Made by a program: the position numbers and the translations under genes. Source: Erysipelotrichaceae bacterium (lineage in GTDB: Bacteria > Bacillota_I > Bacilli_A > Erysipelotrichales > Erysipelotrichaceae). Taken from it: a stretch of DNA of 32,000 nucleotides. Below are positions 1-9,204 of the stretch, piece after piece (within the stretch, counting starts at the first letter, position 1; every line of letters begins with the position of its first letter). The notes beneath the pieces were generated by a model. That model had not been told where the DNA came from. It searched no databases and saw only the letters and a program-made list of their open reading frames with translations. The stretch is taken from assembly GCA_030604855.1 (NCBI GenBank), contig JAUVVC010000008.1:38194-70193 (forward strand), given 5' to 3'.

Positions 1-1
1 C

Positions 2-592
2 CAAATATCTAAGCTTGTCTTGAGTTCTATAACAGCGCTATTTGGTACAAGTCAGATTGCAGCCAATGGCGTTGCACAGAGCTTCTGGTCAATGGCTGCT
101 TTAGTTGGAGTCTCTTTTGGACCAGCCTTCATTACCATCATCGGTCAAACATTAGGTTCCAAGGATATCGAAGCTGCTAAGTATTACATGGTTAAACTTT
201 TGAAGATAACCATGTTGAGTTCTGTTGCTTGGAATGCATTGATGTTGCTTATCGTTCCTCTAGCTTTGATGGCTTATGATTTAAGCCCAGAGACCAAGCA
301 ATTGGTCATCATCTTGGTCATCATTCATAATCTCTTCAATGCCTTCGTGTTTCCAATCTCATCCCCATTTACAAACGGTTTAAGAGCGGGTGGAGATGTA
401 CGCTATGCAATGTTTGTATCCATCTTCGCGACGGTGGTTGTCCGTGTCATCTTGTCCTATCTGTTTGGCATCGTTTTCAACCTTGGCGTCATCGGTATTG
501 CCTTAGCTATGGGCGTGGATTGGTGTGTACGTGCCTTCTTGAGTCTACGACGTTACCAGAGTGGTCGATGGTTGGTTCATCAAGTTATTTAG
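2..592 (+). CDS. MATE family efflux transporter, C-terminal part (5' end lies outside the window)
   Basis: The frame is open from the window edge, so the TTG at 20 is only the ORF-caller start. The sequence is polytopic and hydrophobic, with a MATE-like NGLRAGGDVRYAM loop. Stop TAG at 590-592. Confidence 0.75.
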   Translation, partial: QISKLVLSSITALFGTSQIAANGVAQSFWSMAALVGVSFGPAFITIIGQTLGSKDIEAAKYYMVKLLKITMLSSVAWNALMLLIVPLALMAYDLSPETKQLVIILVIIHNLFNAFVFPISSPFTNGLRAGGDVRYAMFVSIFATVVVRVILSYLFGIVFNLGVIGIALAMGVDWCVRAFLSLRRYQSGRWLVHQVI

Positions 593-610
593 GATTTTGA
601 AAGGAACATT

Positions 611-1798
611 ATGACCAAAAATTTAAACACAAAAGTCATGCTATCTATATTTGCAGCCATGTCAATATATCTATTCGCAGCAGCGGGTGGATATATGAAT
701 CCAAACATACAAACCAGCATCGAGGCTTGGCCTTCAGTACCCGCAGATCAGATTCGACTATTAAATACTTTACCTGCTTTGATCAGTCTACCTGTCATGC
801 TTCTTGTAAGCAGTCAAATCGGTAAGCGTATCAACTACAAGACAGCGATTCTGATTGGGACATTTCTAATCTTAGTTGGTGGTGTGGGTCCTTATTTCTA
901 TGCGCCATCTTGGAATACCGTTCTTGCCTTTCGTATGATCGTCGGTCTAGGTTCAGGCTTCTTTGGAATTCGTACCGCACTCTTGATTCATACAGTACCA
1001 AAAGAGAAGCGTGCCCGCTATCTTGGTTTGACAGGAATCTTATCAAGTTTGGCTACTACAGTCATCTCGCCAATCACAGGCTCGTTGGCAGAAATCAGCT
1101 GGCGCCATCCTTTCTTGATTAACTTCTTTGTCATCGTGATCGCATTGTTTGTTGGAACATTCTTGATTGAACCTGATCATGAGCAACACGCAAAGGACAA
1201 CGCAGAAGCACCTGTTGATGCGAAGTTTCCTTGGATGAGTTTGGTCTACATCGCCATTCAATTCATCACAACCATGACCATGTATCCAATGTTATCCGGG
1301 ATTTCAACGTTCATGCGTGAACAAAGTCTAGGCACAGCCTCTGTTGCAGGTTTAGCAATATCGTTTTATACCTTAGGGGGAGCGATGATTGGTTTGATTC
1401 TACCAAAGACACAAATCTGGTTTGGTCGTCGTACACAAGGCGTCGCATTGGTATTGGGTGCTGTTGGTCAGCTGATTGTCATCTTTGCTCCACATGCAAT
1501 GATCGCATGGTTGGGGGCATTCATTTGTGGAACAGGTTTTATCTTGATTGTGAATACTTTCCAGCTTTACAATGCTAAGATCGCCCATCCAAGTAAAATG
1601 GCATTAGGCTCTACGCTGCTGATCGCATCCATGCAAGCGGGTGTGTTCGCATCAAATTACTTCATCAGTCTCTCTCATATCGTTATCAAGGCAAACAGCG
1701 AAGTCATGAGCTCTTACTGGGCAAATATCGCAATCTATGCGATTCTAGCAGCCTTTGCGATAACTGGCTTTTTAGCTCCAAAAGCAGATAAGAAATAA
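611..1798 (+). CDS. MFS transporter
   Basis: 395 aa with a roughly 12-helix hydrophobic profile and a central charged loop (EPDHEQHAKDNAEAP). There is an MFS motif-A-like GKRINYKT after TM2. RBS AAAGGAA lies upstream of the ATG. Confidence 0.8.
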   Translation: MTKNLNTKVMLSIFAAMSIYLFAAAGGYMNPNIQTSIEAWPSVPADQIRLLNTLPALISLPVMLLVSSQIGKRINYKTAILIGTFLILVGGVGPYFYAPSWNTVLAFRMIVGLGSGFFGIRTALLIHTVPKEKRARYLGLTGILSSLATTVISPITGSLAEISWRHPFLINFFVIVIALFVGTFLIEPDHEQHAKDNAEAPVDAKFPWMSLVYIAIQFITTMTMYPMLSGISTFMREQSLGTASVAGLAISFYTLGGAMIGLILPKTQIWFGRRTQGVALVLGAVGQLIVIFAPHAMIAWLGAFICGTGFILIVNTFQLYNAKIAHPSKMALGSTLLIASMQAGVFASNYFISLSHIVIKANSEVMSSYWANIAIYAILAAFAITGFLAPKADKK

Positions 1799-1837
1799 TC
1801 GATAGAATGTACTAAAATTGTTATAAGGAGAACAATC

Positions 1838-2824
1838 GTGAAAAAAGTACGTTTAGGTTCAAGCGAATTGATGGTATCACAGATTTGCTTGGGTTGTATG
1901 GGCTTTGGAGATTCGGATCAAGGGATGCACAAGTGGACTTTGGATTATGAAGAATCCAAAACCATCATTGCTTATGCATTGGACAAGGGAATCAATTTCT
2001 TTGATACAGCAATGGCGTATCAAAGTGGAACGAGTGAAATCTATTTAGGATGTGCTCTGAAAGAACTTGCTAAGCGAGAAGATGTCGTGATTGCGACAAA
2101 GTATACACCGCGTACGCTTGAACAAATTCAAATGGGTATCAGTGCAGAGGAACACATAAATACCTGCTTAAAGAATAGTTTAGATCGACTAAGCACAGAT
2201 TATATCGACCTCTATATCATGCACATGTGGGATGCGAGTACCCCCATTGATGAATCCTTGAGAATTCTACATGCGACGGTATTGAGTGGAAAAGTAAAGG
2301 CGATTGGTATTTCGAACTGTTTTGCTTGGCAATTGGCAGAGGCCAATGTGATTGCGAAAGCTAAAGGCTATACACCCTTTACGTCCGTCCAAGGACACTA
2401 CAATCTCATTTTTAGGGAAGAAGAACGTGAGATGCGCCCCTATTGCACAAGTCACGATGTGGCAATGACACCTTACAGCGCACTCGCATCAGGTCGTCTC
2501 TCAAAAAGACCAGACGAAAAATCACAGCGTCTTGTGCTCGATAAGTTTGCAAAGGGTAAGTACGATGCGACCAAGGAACAAGATTCTTTGATCATCGAGC
2601 GCGTCATGGAACTAGCAGATCGTAAAGCCGTATCCATGACAGAAATATCGTTAGCGTGGTTGTTAAATAAAGTCACGTCACCTGTTGTTGGGGCGACAAA
2701 AACAACCCACATCGATGGAGCTATCAAGGCGAGTCAACTGATATTGAGCCCTGAAGAATGTGCCTATCTTGAAGAACCCTATACCCCACATCCTTTGGTT
2801 GGGGTCATGGCTAAACAAGGTTAA
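1838..2824 (+). CDS. aldo/keto reductase
   Basis: 328 aa with a GTG start 7 nt after AAGGAG. AKR hallmarks are present: LGCMGFG, INFFDTAMAY, DYIDLYIMH, IGISN. A terminator follows. Confidence 0.9.
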   Translation: MKKVRLGSSELMVSQICLGCMGFGDSDQGMHKWTLDYEESKTIIAYALDKGINFFDTAMAYQSGTSEIYLGCALKELAKREDVVIATKYTPRTLEQIQMGISAEEHINTCLKNSLDRLSTDYIDLYIMHMWDASTPIDESLRILHATVLSGKVKAIGISNCFAWQLAEANVIAKAKGYTPFTSVQGHYNLIFREEEREMRPYCTSHDVAMTPYSALASGRLSKRPDEKSQRLVLDKFAKGKYDATKEQDSLIIERVMELADRKAVSMTEISLAWLLNKVTSPVVGATKTTHIDGAIKASQLILSPEECAYLEEPYTPHPLVGVMAKQG

Positions 2825-2828
2825 CTAC

Positions 2829-2858
2829 AAACCGTGATTAAGTTCATGGTTTTTCTTT
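2829..2858 (+). terminator. putative rho-independent terminator after the AKR gene
   Basis: AAACCGTGA (2829-2837) pairs with TCATGGTTT (2844-2852): 9 bp including one G-U. A T-rich tail follows. Confidence 0.5.
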
Positions 2859-2882
2859 ACAACAAATAAATACTATCTTACT

Positions 2883-2899
2883 ATATCACTATATGATAT
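2883..2899 (+). promoter_or_regulatory. candidate PadR operator / promoter element
   Basis: Inverted repeat ATATCA-N5-TGATAT, nested in a direct repeat TATATCAC (2882-2889 and 2897-2904). It ends 18 nt upstream of the PadR start codon (2918). Confidence 0.3.
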
Positions 2900-2917
2900 A
2901 TCACGAGGTGAGTGTAA

Positions 2918-3235
2918 ATGGAAATATCTCCATCCTTATTCCATTTCTTATTGGTTCTCCTTAAACCTTTGCATGGCTATCAAATCATGCAAGAAGTTGA
3001 AAAAGCTTCAGGAGGAGAATTGACCATGGGTGCTGGAACTTGTTATGGCTTGATTGCGCGTTGTCTACAAGAGAAGTTAATAGAATTGGTGGAAGAGGTT
3101 GATCGCAAGAAGATTTACCGTGTGACACGTAAGGGTCGCGATATGCTTCAAGATGAGATCGACCGCATGCAGAAGCAGTTGAACATGACGAAGGATTATT
3201 TGGGGGAAATTTATGATCAAAGCATTAAAGTATGA
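2918..3235 (+). CDS. PadR family transcriptional regulator
   Basis: 105 aa with a PadR winged-helix signature (PLHGYQIMQEV...GAGTCYGLIARCLQEKLIE...KKIYRVTRKGR). RBS GAGGTG. It overlaps the next gene by 23 nt. Confidence 0.9.
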   Translation: MEISPSLFHFLLVLLKPLHGYQIMQEVEKASGGELTMGAGTCYGLIARCLQEKLIELVEEVDRKKIYRVTRKGRDMLQDEIDRMQKQLNMTKDYLGEIYDQSIKV

Positions 3236-4268
3236 TCCTTATTTACAGACTGAAGAATTCATTGCGTGGCTTGAAACCTATGCTTTGGAAGGGTGGTTCA
3301 TCAATGGGTTGAACCAAGACGATATCTGGGTAAGCTTTCATAGAGCTGAACCGCAACGTGTCCATTATTGTGTGTTCACGATTGAAGATTCGAAGTCATT
3401 CAATCGCACAGAATTTCTAGAGATCGCCAAAGCACAAGGTTGGGAATTAGTAGGAAATCAAACCTATCTACGTGAATTATTTTTGTTTATCAGTCATGAA
3501 GAGAATCTGATCCCGCTGGAAACAGATCCCATTGAACTGGAAAATAAGAATCGTCGACTGAAGCGAAACGCCTTGTGGTTTGTTGGCTTAGGCATCTTGG
3601 CGATTGTGACCTACTTGATACCGAGGAAGAATGGTACCTATTTTCAATGGTTTCCCGTGCTGGCTTATACTTACCTAAGTTTGATCCATGTCGTACAAGC
3701 CTTGCGAACAGCGTATTCGACAAATGCAACCGTGACGAAACGAAAGCGAGTCGCAAGCATCGTAAAGATGATTCGAGTTTCAATGGTGAGTGGATTCTTA
3801 GTGGTCTTAATGGGTGTAATCGTGGCATTCTTACACAACTCACAAGTTGAAGTTGAGGAAAACTCTCTCATTAGTTGGGAGATACCTGATCAAGCTGAAC
3901 TTGTTCATGCGACCTATACGCAGTCGCGTTTCAGTTTGTTGCCCAATGAAACAGCTATGATGACGATTGTAGAGAACGAAGTATTAACCAAAAGCATCTA
4001 TCAGTCTAAACAGAATTACATAGTATTATCAGGTTTGGATTTTCGCAAAATCGTGGATAAAGAATTGGATTGGTTCCGTTATGATCCGATATTGAAGTAT
4101 GAAGTGATCGATGGAAATTCATTGGAACGTGTTCTCTTGAAATCAAACAGTGGAATGGAATACTTAAGCTACATCAAGCGTGGAAATACGATACTCAGCT
4201 TACACACCATCAATCTAACTCAAGACGAACATCGTGCCTTATTGGCGAAGATGGAGGTAGAGGCATGA
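3213..4268 (+). CDS. DUF2812-like membrane protein (PadR-associated)
   Basis: 351 aa. The N-terminus (EEFIAWLETYALEGWFINGL...) matches the DUF2812 pattern that normally follows PadR genes. There are two or three central TM helices. It is coupled to its neighbours on both sides. Confidence 0.7.
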   Translation: MIKALKYDPYLQTEEFIAWLETYALEGWFINGLNQDDIWVSFHRAEPQRVHYCVFTIEDSKSFNRTEFLEIAKAQGWELVGNQTYLRELFLFISHEENLIPLETDPIELENKNRRLKRNALWFVGLGILAIVTYLIPRKNGTYFQWFPVLAYTYLSLIHVVQALRTAYSTNATVTKRKRVASIVKMIRVSMVSGFLVVLMGVIVAFLHNSQVEVEENSLISWEIPDQAELVHATYTQSRFSLLPNETAMMTIVENEVLTKSIYQSKQNYIVLSGLDFRKIVDKELDWFRYDPILKYEVIDGNSLERVLLKSNSGMEYLSYIKRGNTILSLHTINLTQDEHRALLAKMEVEA

Positions 4269-4900
4269 ATCAACGGATCTTCTTTACTGGGGTGCTCTTA
4301 ATCATCGTCTTCGTTATTTCGAGTTTTAGACCCTTGCCAATGAACATCTATCGCATTGCAGGACGAAGTGAGTATGATATTCGCTACCAAGCACGACGAA
4401 CCATTGAAAAGTATGATCATGAAGAATCGGAATGGTCAAAACTGAACCTCGTGCCAATTGAATATGTATCAAACTGTTACTCACAGTGGGATCACTGGGT
4501 GGCGAATGGTCTAGCGGATCGCTTGGGTAAGCCCATCGCTTGGCAACGGATTGTCCAATGGAATTACGAATGCGACGAAGGTAAGGAGCGCTATAATCCA
4601 ACGGATCAATATACGATCCTTTTATCCACAAATCCCATGGCGGCCTATCCTAGAAACAGTGTCTTCGAAAATCATTTGATAACGAATCAAGGCATCCAAG
4701 TAGATTATTCAACACAATGGGAGTACCCCTATACAAACAATGGGGAGACTTATCTCTACATACAAGTTCGATACGCTTTCAAGCATGAAGATAAGCATGT
4801 GTTCATAGATCAAGTATTTATGGATCAAGATGTGATTGAAAAAGACATTGCCTTATGGGTGGATACGCTTGTGAATGAATTAAAAACGGTGCTCGAATGA
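4265..4900 (+). CDS. hypothetical membrane-anchored/exported protein
   Basis: 211 aa with an N-terminal hydrophobic anchor (FFTGVLLIIVFVISSF). ATGA overlap with the upstream gene and a GGAGG RBS. I do not recognise any family. Confidence 0.6.
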   Translation: MNQRIFFTGVLLIIVFVISSFRPLPMNIYRIAGRSEYDIRYQARRTIEKYDHEESEWSKLNLVPIEYVSNCYSQWDHWVANGLADRLGKPIAWQRIVQWNYECDEGKERYNPTDQYTILLSTNPMAAYPRNSVFENHLITNQGIQVDYSTQWEYPYTNNGETYLYIQVRYAFKHEDKHVFIDQVFMDQDVIEKDIALWVDTLVNELKTVLE

Positions 4901-4911
4901 GCATCGTTTAG

Positions 4912-5379
4912 TTATTTGAAATCGTCTATGATAATTTTCTTCATCTCCAACAGTTTTTCCATAGCCAACTTTGCTCTCTGTTCATCCTTGGGATACAAGA
5001 CATCTTCAATTCCTTTAGGAATGATCTGCCAGCTTAAACCAAATTGGTCTTTGCACCAACCACAGGCTTCTGAGTCGGGATCTTTCGAAAGTTGGTCCCA
5101 ATAGAAATCAATCTCTGCTTGGTCATCACATTCGATCACAAATGAAATGGCTTCATTTAATTTAAAATGAGGTCCTCCATTAAGCGCTTGAAAGCGTTGG
5201 CTCATGATGGTGAAATCAACCGTTAGAATGGATCCTATCGGTTTTCCACTTGGATTCTCCGTGGTGTAATAATGAATTTCACCCAAGTGACTGTTGGGAA
5301 ACAATTTGGTATAGAACGTAGCGGCTTCAAGGGCTTGGTCATCAAACCAAAGCTCCGTAATCAGTCCATGTGTTGGCAT
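4912..5379 (-). CDS. VOC/glyoxalase-superfamily protein (PhnB / 3-demethylubiquinone methyltransferase-like domain)
   Basis: Motifs LWFDDQALEAATFYTKLFPNS...ALNGGPHFKLNEAISF...CGWCKDQFGLSWQI are typical of the PhnB-like family. I place the start at the ATG at 5379 (AAGGAGG 5 nt upstream) rather than the GTG at 5400. Confidence 0.85.
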   Translation of the reverse strand: MPTHGLITELWFDDQALEAATFYTKLFPNSHLGEIHYYTTENPSGKPIGSILTVDFTIMSQRFQALNGGPHFKLNEAISFVIECDDQAEIDFYWDQLSKDPDSEACGWCKDQFGLSWQIIPKGIEDVLYPKDEQRAKLAMEKLLEMKKIIIDDFK

Positions 5380-5525
5380 AGAAGCCTCCTTCTTTTCCAC
5401 ATCATAACATTCTCTTTAAAATGTGAGTTGAAAGATAATCTTATCAAGCGGATCAATGACACATATTTAGGATACTATGCATTCACCCTAGTCTTATTTC
5501 GTGATAAACTTATTCACAAGGAAAC

Positions 5526-7181
5526 ATGCAAAATATCAATCGAAAACGACTACTCATCGGCATCGGATTAATCACATTCATATTGATGATGTTTTTATTG
5601 AGCCGAAATGACCAACGTGAAGATTTTCATCTGATCATCGGCAAGATGCAAGAAGTCAAAGGACCTTGGACGGTAAGCAGCCAAGGTGTCATTCAAGAAA
5701 ACATATCGCTGCCTTATGATTTGGGCTTGGATGCGAATGTGCGATACAGCGCTTCAACACGCATTCCGCTTTTCTCAGACAAGCAAGATACTTTATTGAT
5801 TCGTTCTTCAATGCAGGATTTCTGGGTTTACATCGATGATGTCCTAATTCATGAACACATCCAACCTGAACCTCAAATCATTCACAGTCCTCCAACAAGT
5901 TTGTGGATTCTGGTCGATATGCCTGACAATTCTGCAGGCAAAACACTCAGAATTGATTTTGTTTCACAGGTTAAAGCCTTTTCAGGCGTGATCAATGCCA
6001 TCCATTTGGATCGTAAATCCATGATCCTTCATGATCTCTTCGTTTCACAAAGTTTTGGCTTTGCGGTGTTCTTGTTGTTGGCGCTCTTGGGCGTCATTTC
6101 GATCGGGACTTCATTTGCAATCAAGAATGCACAAGATTTACGTCTTTTCTATCTAGGTTTCATGTCCATCACATCGGGGATGTGGATACTTGCGGAGTCC
6201 AGGCTCTTGCAATTTTTCATTGGGAATCGTTTCATCTTAGGTTCAGTGGCTTATCTCATGATCCCCATCATTGCTTTCTTCTTTGCCCTTTACATCAAAG
6301 AAGCCATCATCACACAAGCAAAGTCTAAACAACATTTGAAATACCTGGCCATTCTATTTGTTGCTTTGGTTCTGATCAATGTGACTCTACAGATAACGGG
6401 TGTCATGGTATACATTGAGATGATGCAGTATACCCTACCCATCATTTTGATCAGTGCGATTTATGCGGCGTATTTGATTGTCTTGGAAATAACAGTACAT
6501 AACAATAAAGAAGCAGAACGCTTCGTTAAGTTCACGATCATCTTATTGGTCAGTTTGGTCTTGGAAATCGGATCCTTTTTCATACAAGCATTTAGTTCGA
6601 TATCATCTTACTTTAGAATCGGTGTCGTTATCTTCTTTGGGATGCTGGCGATCGACACGTTCATCTACGTTCGGTCCAACATGCGCTTGCGAGATGAAAC
6701 ACTCCTATTGGAGAAACTTGCGTATAAAGATTTTCTCACCGGTGGGTTCAATCGAACGGCGTATGAACGCGATGTTCAAGCCTATCTCGACAATCAAAAG
6801 AGTTTCCGCTTGATCCTCTTGGACTTGAATGAACTGAAGCACATCAATGATACCTATGGACATAATCAAGGCGATGAAGCCATTCGTTTGGTCTTCAATG
6901 CGATGGTGAATGGTTTCTTGCATGGGAAATGTTATCGCATCGGTGGAGATGAGTTTGCGGTTTTGATCGATGATGTGGATTCAAATCGTTACCAACACTG
7001 TCTGGAGAATTTCCAAAGCATCTTAAACGAAACGACCAAGGATTTCTTATATCCGATCTATGTGGCGGTTGGCAGCGACATCTACCGTTATGGGGATTGG
7101 GATAATTATTCCCGTTTCTACCACCATGTGGATCAGAAGATGTATGTGAATAAAAAGAAAATCAAGAATAATAAAAAATAG
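5526..7181 (+). CDS. membrane sensor diguanylate cyclase (extracytoplasmic domain + ~7 TM + GGDEF)
   Basis: 551 aa. It has a signal anchor, a roughly 150 aa external segment, about seven hydrophobic helices (res ~175-385), and a C-terminal GGDEF domain with an intact YRIGGDEFAVL motif. No RxxD I-site sits 5 aa upstream. Confidence 0.9.
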   Translation: MQNINRKRLLIGIGLITFILMMFLLSRNDQREDFHLIIGKMQEVKGPWTVSSQGVIQENISLPYDLGLDANVRYSASTRIPLFSDKQDTLLIRSSMQDFWVYIDDVLIHEHIQPEPQIIHSPPTSLWILVDMPDNSAGKTLRIDFVSQVKAFSGVINAIHLDRKSMILHDLFVSQSFGFAVFLLLALLGVISIGTSFAIKNAQDLRLFYLGFMSITSGMWILAESRLLQFFIGNRFILGSVAYLMIPIIAFFFALYIKEAIITQAKSKQHLKYLAILFVALVLINVTLQITGVMVYIEMMQYTLPIILISAIYAAYLIVLEITVHNNKEAERFVKFTIILLVSLVLEIGSFFIQAFSSISSYFRIGVVIFFGMLAIDTFIYVRSNMRLRDETLLLEKLAYKDFLTGGFNRTAYERDVQAYLDNQKSFRLILLDLNELKHINDTYGHNQGDEAIRLVFNAMVNGFLHGKCYRIGGDEFAVLIDDVDSNRYQHCLENFQSILNETTKDFLYPIYVAVGSDIYRYGDWDNYSRFYHHVDQKMYVNKKKIKNNKK

Positions 7182-7203
7182 AGTTCGCGTGAACTCTATT
7201 TTA
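7178..7203. terminator. bidirectional rho-independent terminator
   Basis: ATAGAGTTC-GCGT-GAACTCTAT forms a perfect 9-bp stem with an A-run upstream and a T-run downstream. It contains the stop codons of both convergent genes (TAG 7179-7181 on +, CTA 7196-7198 on -). Confidence 0.8.
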
Positions 7204-7786
7204 ATAACCAGACTTTGATGGCATCCAGCTCACTTTGGGTGAGACGATGTCCATTGTTTTCCCAATGAAGATGTACCTTGGCATGGGCTTCACGAAGCAG
7301 GCGTTCCAACTCAATGCTTTGCTCAGGTGGACAGATGGGATCGTTTTTCCCCGCTCCAATGAAGATGGATACATCGCTTAAATCGGGAAGTTCTTTACGA
7401 AGAGGGACCATAGGATGAAGTAGGATGGCCCTATCAAAAGCGTTCTGGTAATGAAACAAAATGCTTGCGGCAATGTTCGCTCCGTTTGAATAGCCCAATG
7501 CGATGACTTTCGTCCGATCGAAACCATATTCAATGGCTTTCATATTCACGAAATCATGAAGCTGATGCGTACGAAAAACCAAATCTTCTTCATCAAAGAC
7601 GCCTTCTGCCAAACGTTTGAAGAAGCGGTTCATGCCGTGTTCTTGGATCTCACCACGAACACTTAAGACGTTGAAGTTGGGATTCAGATATTGGGCAATG
7701 CCGAGAAGGTCATGCTCATCGCCCCCTGTCCCATGCAATAAAAGAAAGGTGTAAGTGGATTTGTGGTCTTTAAAGATGTGTTTCAT
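7196..7786 (-). CDS. phospholipase/carboxylesterase-family alpha/beta hydrolase (MhqD/YodD-like)
   Basis: 196 aa with LLLHGTGGDEHDL and a GYSNGA nucleophile elbow. ATGA overlap with the MarR gene. Confidence 0.85.
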   Translation of the reverse strand: MKHIFKDHKSTYTFLLLHGTGGDEHDLLGIAQYLNPNFNVLSVRGEIQEHGMNRFFKRLAEGVFDEEDLVFRTHQLHDFVNMKAIEYGFDRTKVIALGYSNGANIAASILFHYQNAFDRAILLHPMVPLRKELPDLSDVSIFIGAGKNDPICPPEQSIELERLLREAHAKVHLHWENNGHRLTQSELDAIKVWLLK

Positions 7787-8196
7787 GAGGCTTTACCAAT
7801 TTTCTTTAAGAGGGATTGAAGTTGTCCTTCTTCCTCGGGTGTCAGCTTATCTAAGGTGAGGCGCAGTGTTTCGACATGTTTCGGATAGATCTCATCCATC
7901 AAGGCTTTACCCTTCGTACTGAGATGGACATGATGGATACGGTTATCTTTAGGATCCATGACTTTGGTGATCAGATCCTTATCCAATAAACGTTCAATGA
8001 CATAACTCATGCTTGAACTGGCAATCAATACCTTTTCCTTAATGGCTTGGACGGGAAGTGGTCCTTTATGATACAGAACTTCCAACGCACCAAACTCACT
8101 GGTGTTCAAGCCATGGCAGCGCATGTCATCGCGGATGAGGTTTTCAAGTTTGTTTTGGGTTCGAAAGAGGATGGTAATGGTTTTCAGATCATTCAT
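7783..8196 (-). CDS. MarR family transcriptional regulator (MhqR-like by context)
   Basis: 137 aa with a winged-helix MarR pattern (LNTSEFGALEVLYHKGPLPVQAI...DPKDNRIHHVHLSTKG). It overlaps the dioxygenase stop by 8 nt, and an AGGAG RBS lies inside the upstream gene. Confidence 0.85.
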   Translation of the reverse strand: MNDLKTITILFRTQNKLENLIRDDMRCHGLNTSEFGALEVLYHKGPLPVQAIKEKVLIASSSMSYVIERLLDKDLITKVMDPKDNRIHHVHLSTKGKALMDEIYPKHVETLRLTLDKLTPEEEGQLQSLLKKIGKAS

Positions 8197-9178
8197 TGAA
8201 ATACTCCTTCACATAACTTTTCGTGCTGCGTACGGTGTCGATGGGGCGTACCACGGATTCCACATATGCACGCTTATCTCTGAAGCGAGGAGGCAAGGCA
8301 AGGATCTCACCTAAGGTTTCATAGGGTTCTTCATCATCGATGAAGCCAGGACCTTCGGTCGCAAATTCAAACAAAATGCCAGGGTATAAACGGGTGTAGA
8401 GGGATTTGAAATAGAAGCGATCCACAAAACCAGAATGACCGGCCCCAACACTGTTGAGACGTTGAATCCATTGATCCAGTTCCGCTTTATCTTCGATTCT
8501 AAAGGCCACATGGTGGACGCCACCATAACCTTGATACGCTAAAGGTAAGCTCACCGTTTCAAGAATGACGCTGGCTCCATTGCCTCCTTCACCCATTTCG
8601 TAGAGATGGTAAGAACCTTCACTTTGTGTGTGGCGCATGTCCATGATTTGGGTTAGGACTTTGCTCATGCCATCCAGTTTACTGACTCTGAAGAAAATGG
8701 GTCCTAAGCCGGTGATTCCATATTCCACAGGCACAGGTCCATTCAACCAAGGGGTGCCGGATCCGATGCCAACATTGTTTTCGTCCGAGAAGAGGGCGTA
8801 TTCTTGATCATCAAAGTCGACAAAGAACAAGGCTTTCTTGCCAAAGACATTGCGAATGGGTTCTTGAGCGACATTGTAATGCTTGAAGCGTTTGACCCAG
8901 TAGTCCAGTGCCGCATCATTCGCTACTCTTAAACCGATACGCGAGATCTCATTCGCACCGCGTTGGGCTTTACTGATGCCTTGGAAGTCAAAGAAGGTCA
9001 CGTCGGTACCCGCATTGCCACGATCGTCCGCAAAGAAGAGATGATAGGTATTGATGTCATCTTGATTGACGGTCTTTTTGACAAGACGCATGCCTAAGAT
9101 ATTTGTAAAGAATTGATAATTTTTTTCTGCACTGCTTGTGATGGCCGTGACATGATGGATGCCTTTAAGTGGATTCAT
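8189..9178 (-). CDS. ring-cleaving dioxygenase, glyoxalase/VOC family (MhqA/MhqE/MhqO-like)
   Basis: 329 aa two-module VOC protein. It carries GIHHVTAI... and ...GGVHHVAFRI, and ends ...FEFATEGPGF as in Bacillus Mhq dioxygenases. It is the first gene of a 3-gene overlapping operon. Confidence 0.85.
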   Translation of the reverse strand: MNPLKGIHHVTAITSSAEKNYQFFTNILGMRLVKKTVNQDDINTYHLFFADDRGNAGTDVTFFDFQGISKAQRGANEISRIGLRVANDAALDYWVKRFKHYNVAQEPIRNVFGKKALFFVDFDDQEYALFSDENNVGIGSGTPWLNGPVPVEYGITGLGPIFFRVSKLDGMSKVLTQIMDMRHTQSEGSYHLYEMGEGGNGASVILETVSLPLAYQGYGGVHHVAFRIEDKAELDQWIQRLNSVGAGHSGFVDRFYFKSLYTRLYPGILFEFATEGPGFIDDEEPYETLGEILALPPRFRDKRAYVESVVRPIDTVRSTKSYVKEYFNE

Positions 9179-9204
9179 AGTGTTTCTCCTTAGGATATGT
9201 CTCT

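Noticed and set aside
4886-4912. Weak hairpin (GTGCTC-GAAT-GAGCAT) between the convergent genes at 4900/4912 as a terminator.
   Set aside because: The stem is only 6 bp including a G-U pair, it overlaps the coding end, and there is no clear U-tract on either strand.
5272-5571. 99-aa plus-strand ORF bridging the VOC gene and the GGDEF gene start.
   Set aside because: It overlaps the VOC gene in antisense and the GGDEF start out of frame. It has no RBS and no recognisable domain.
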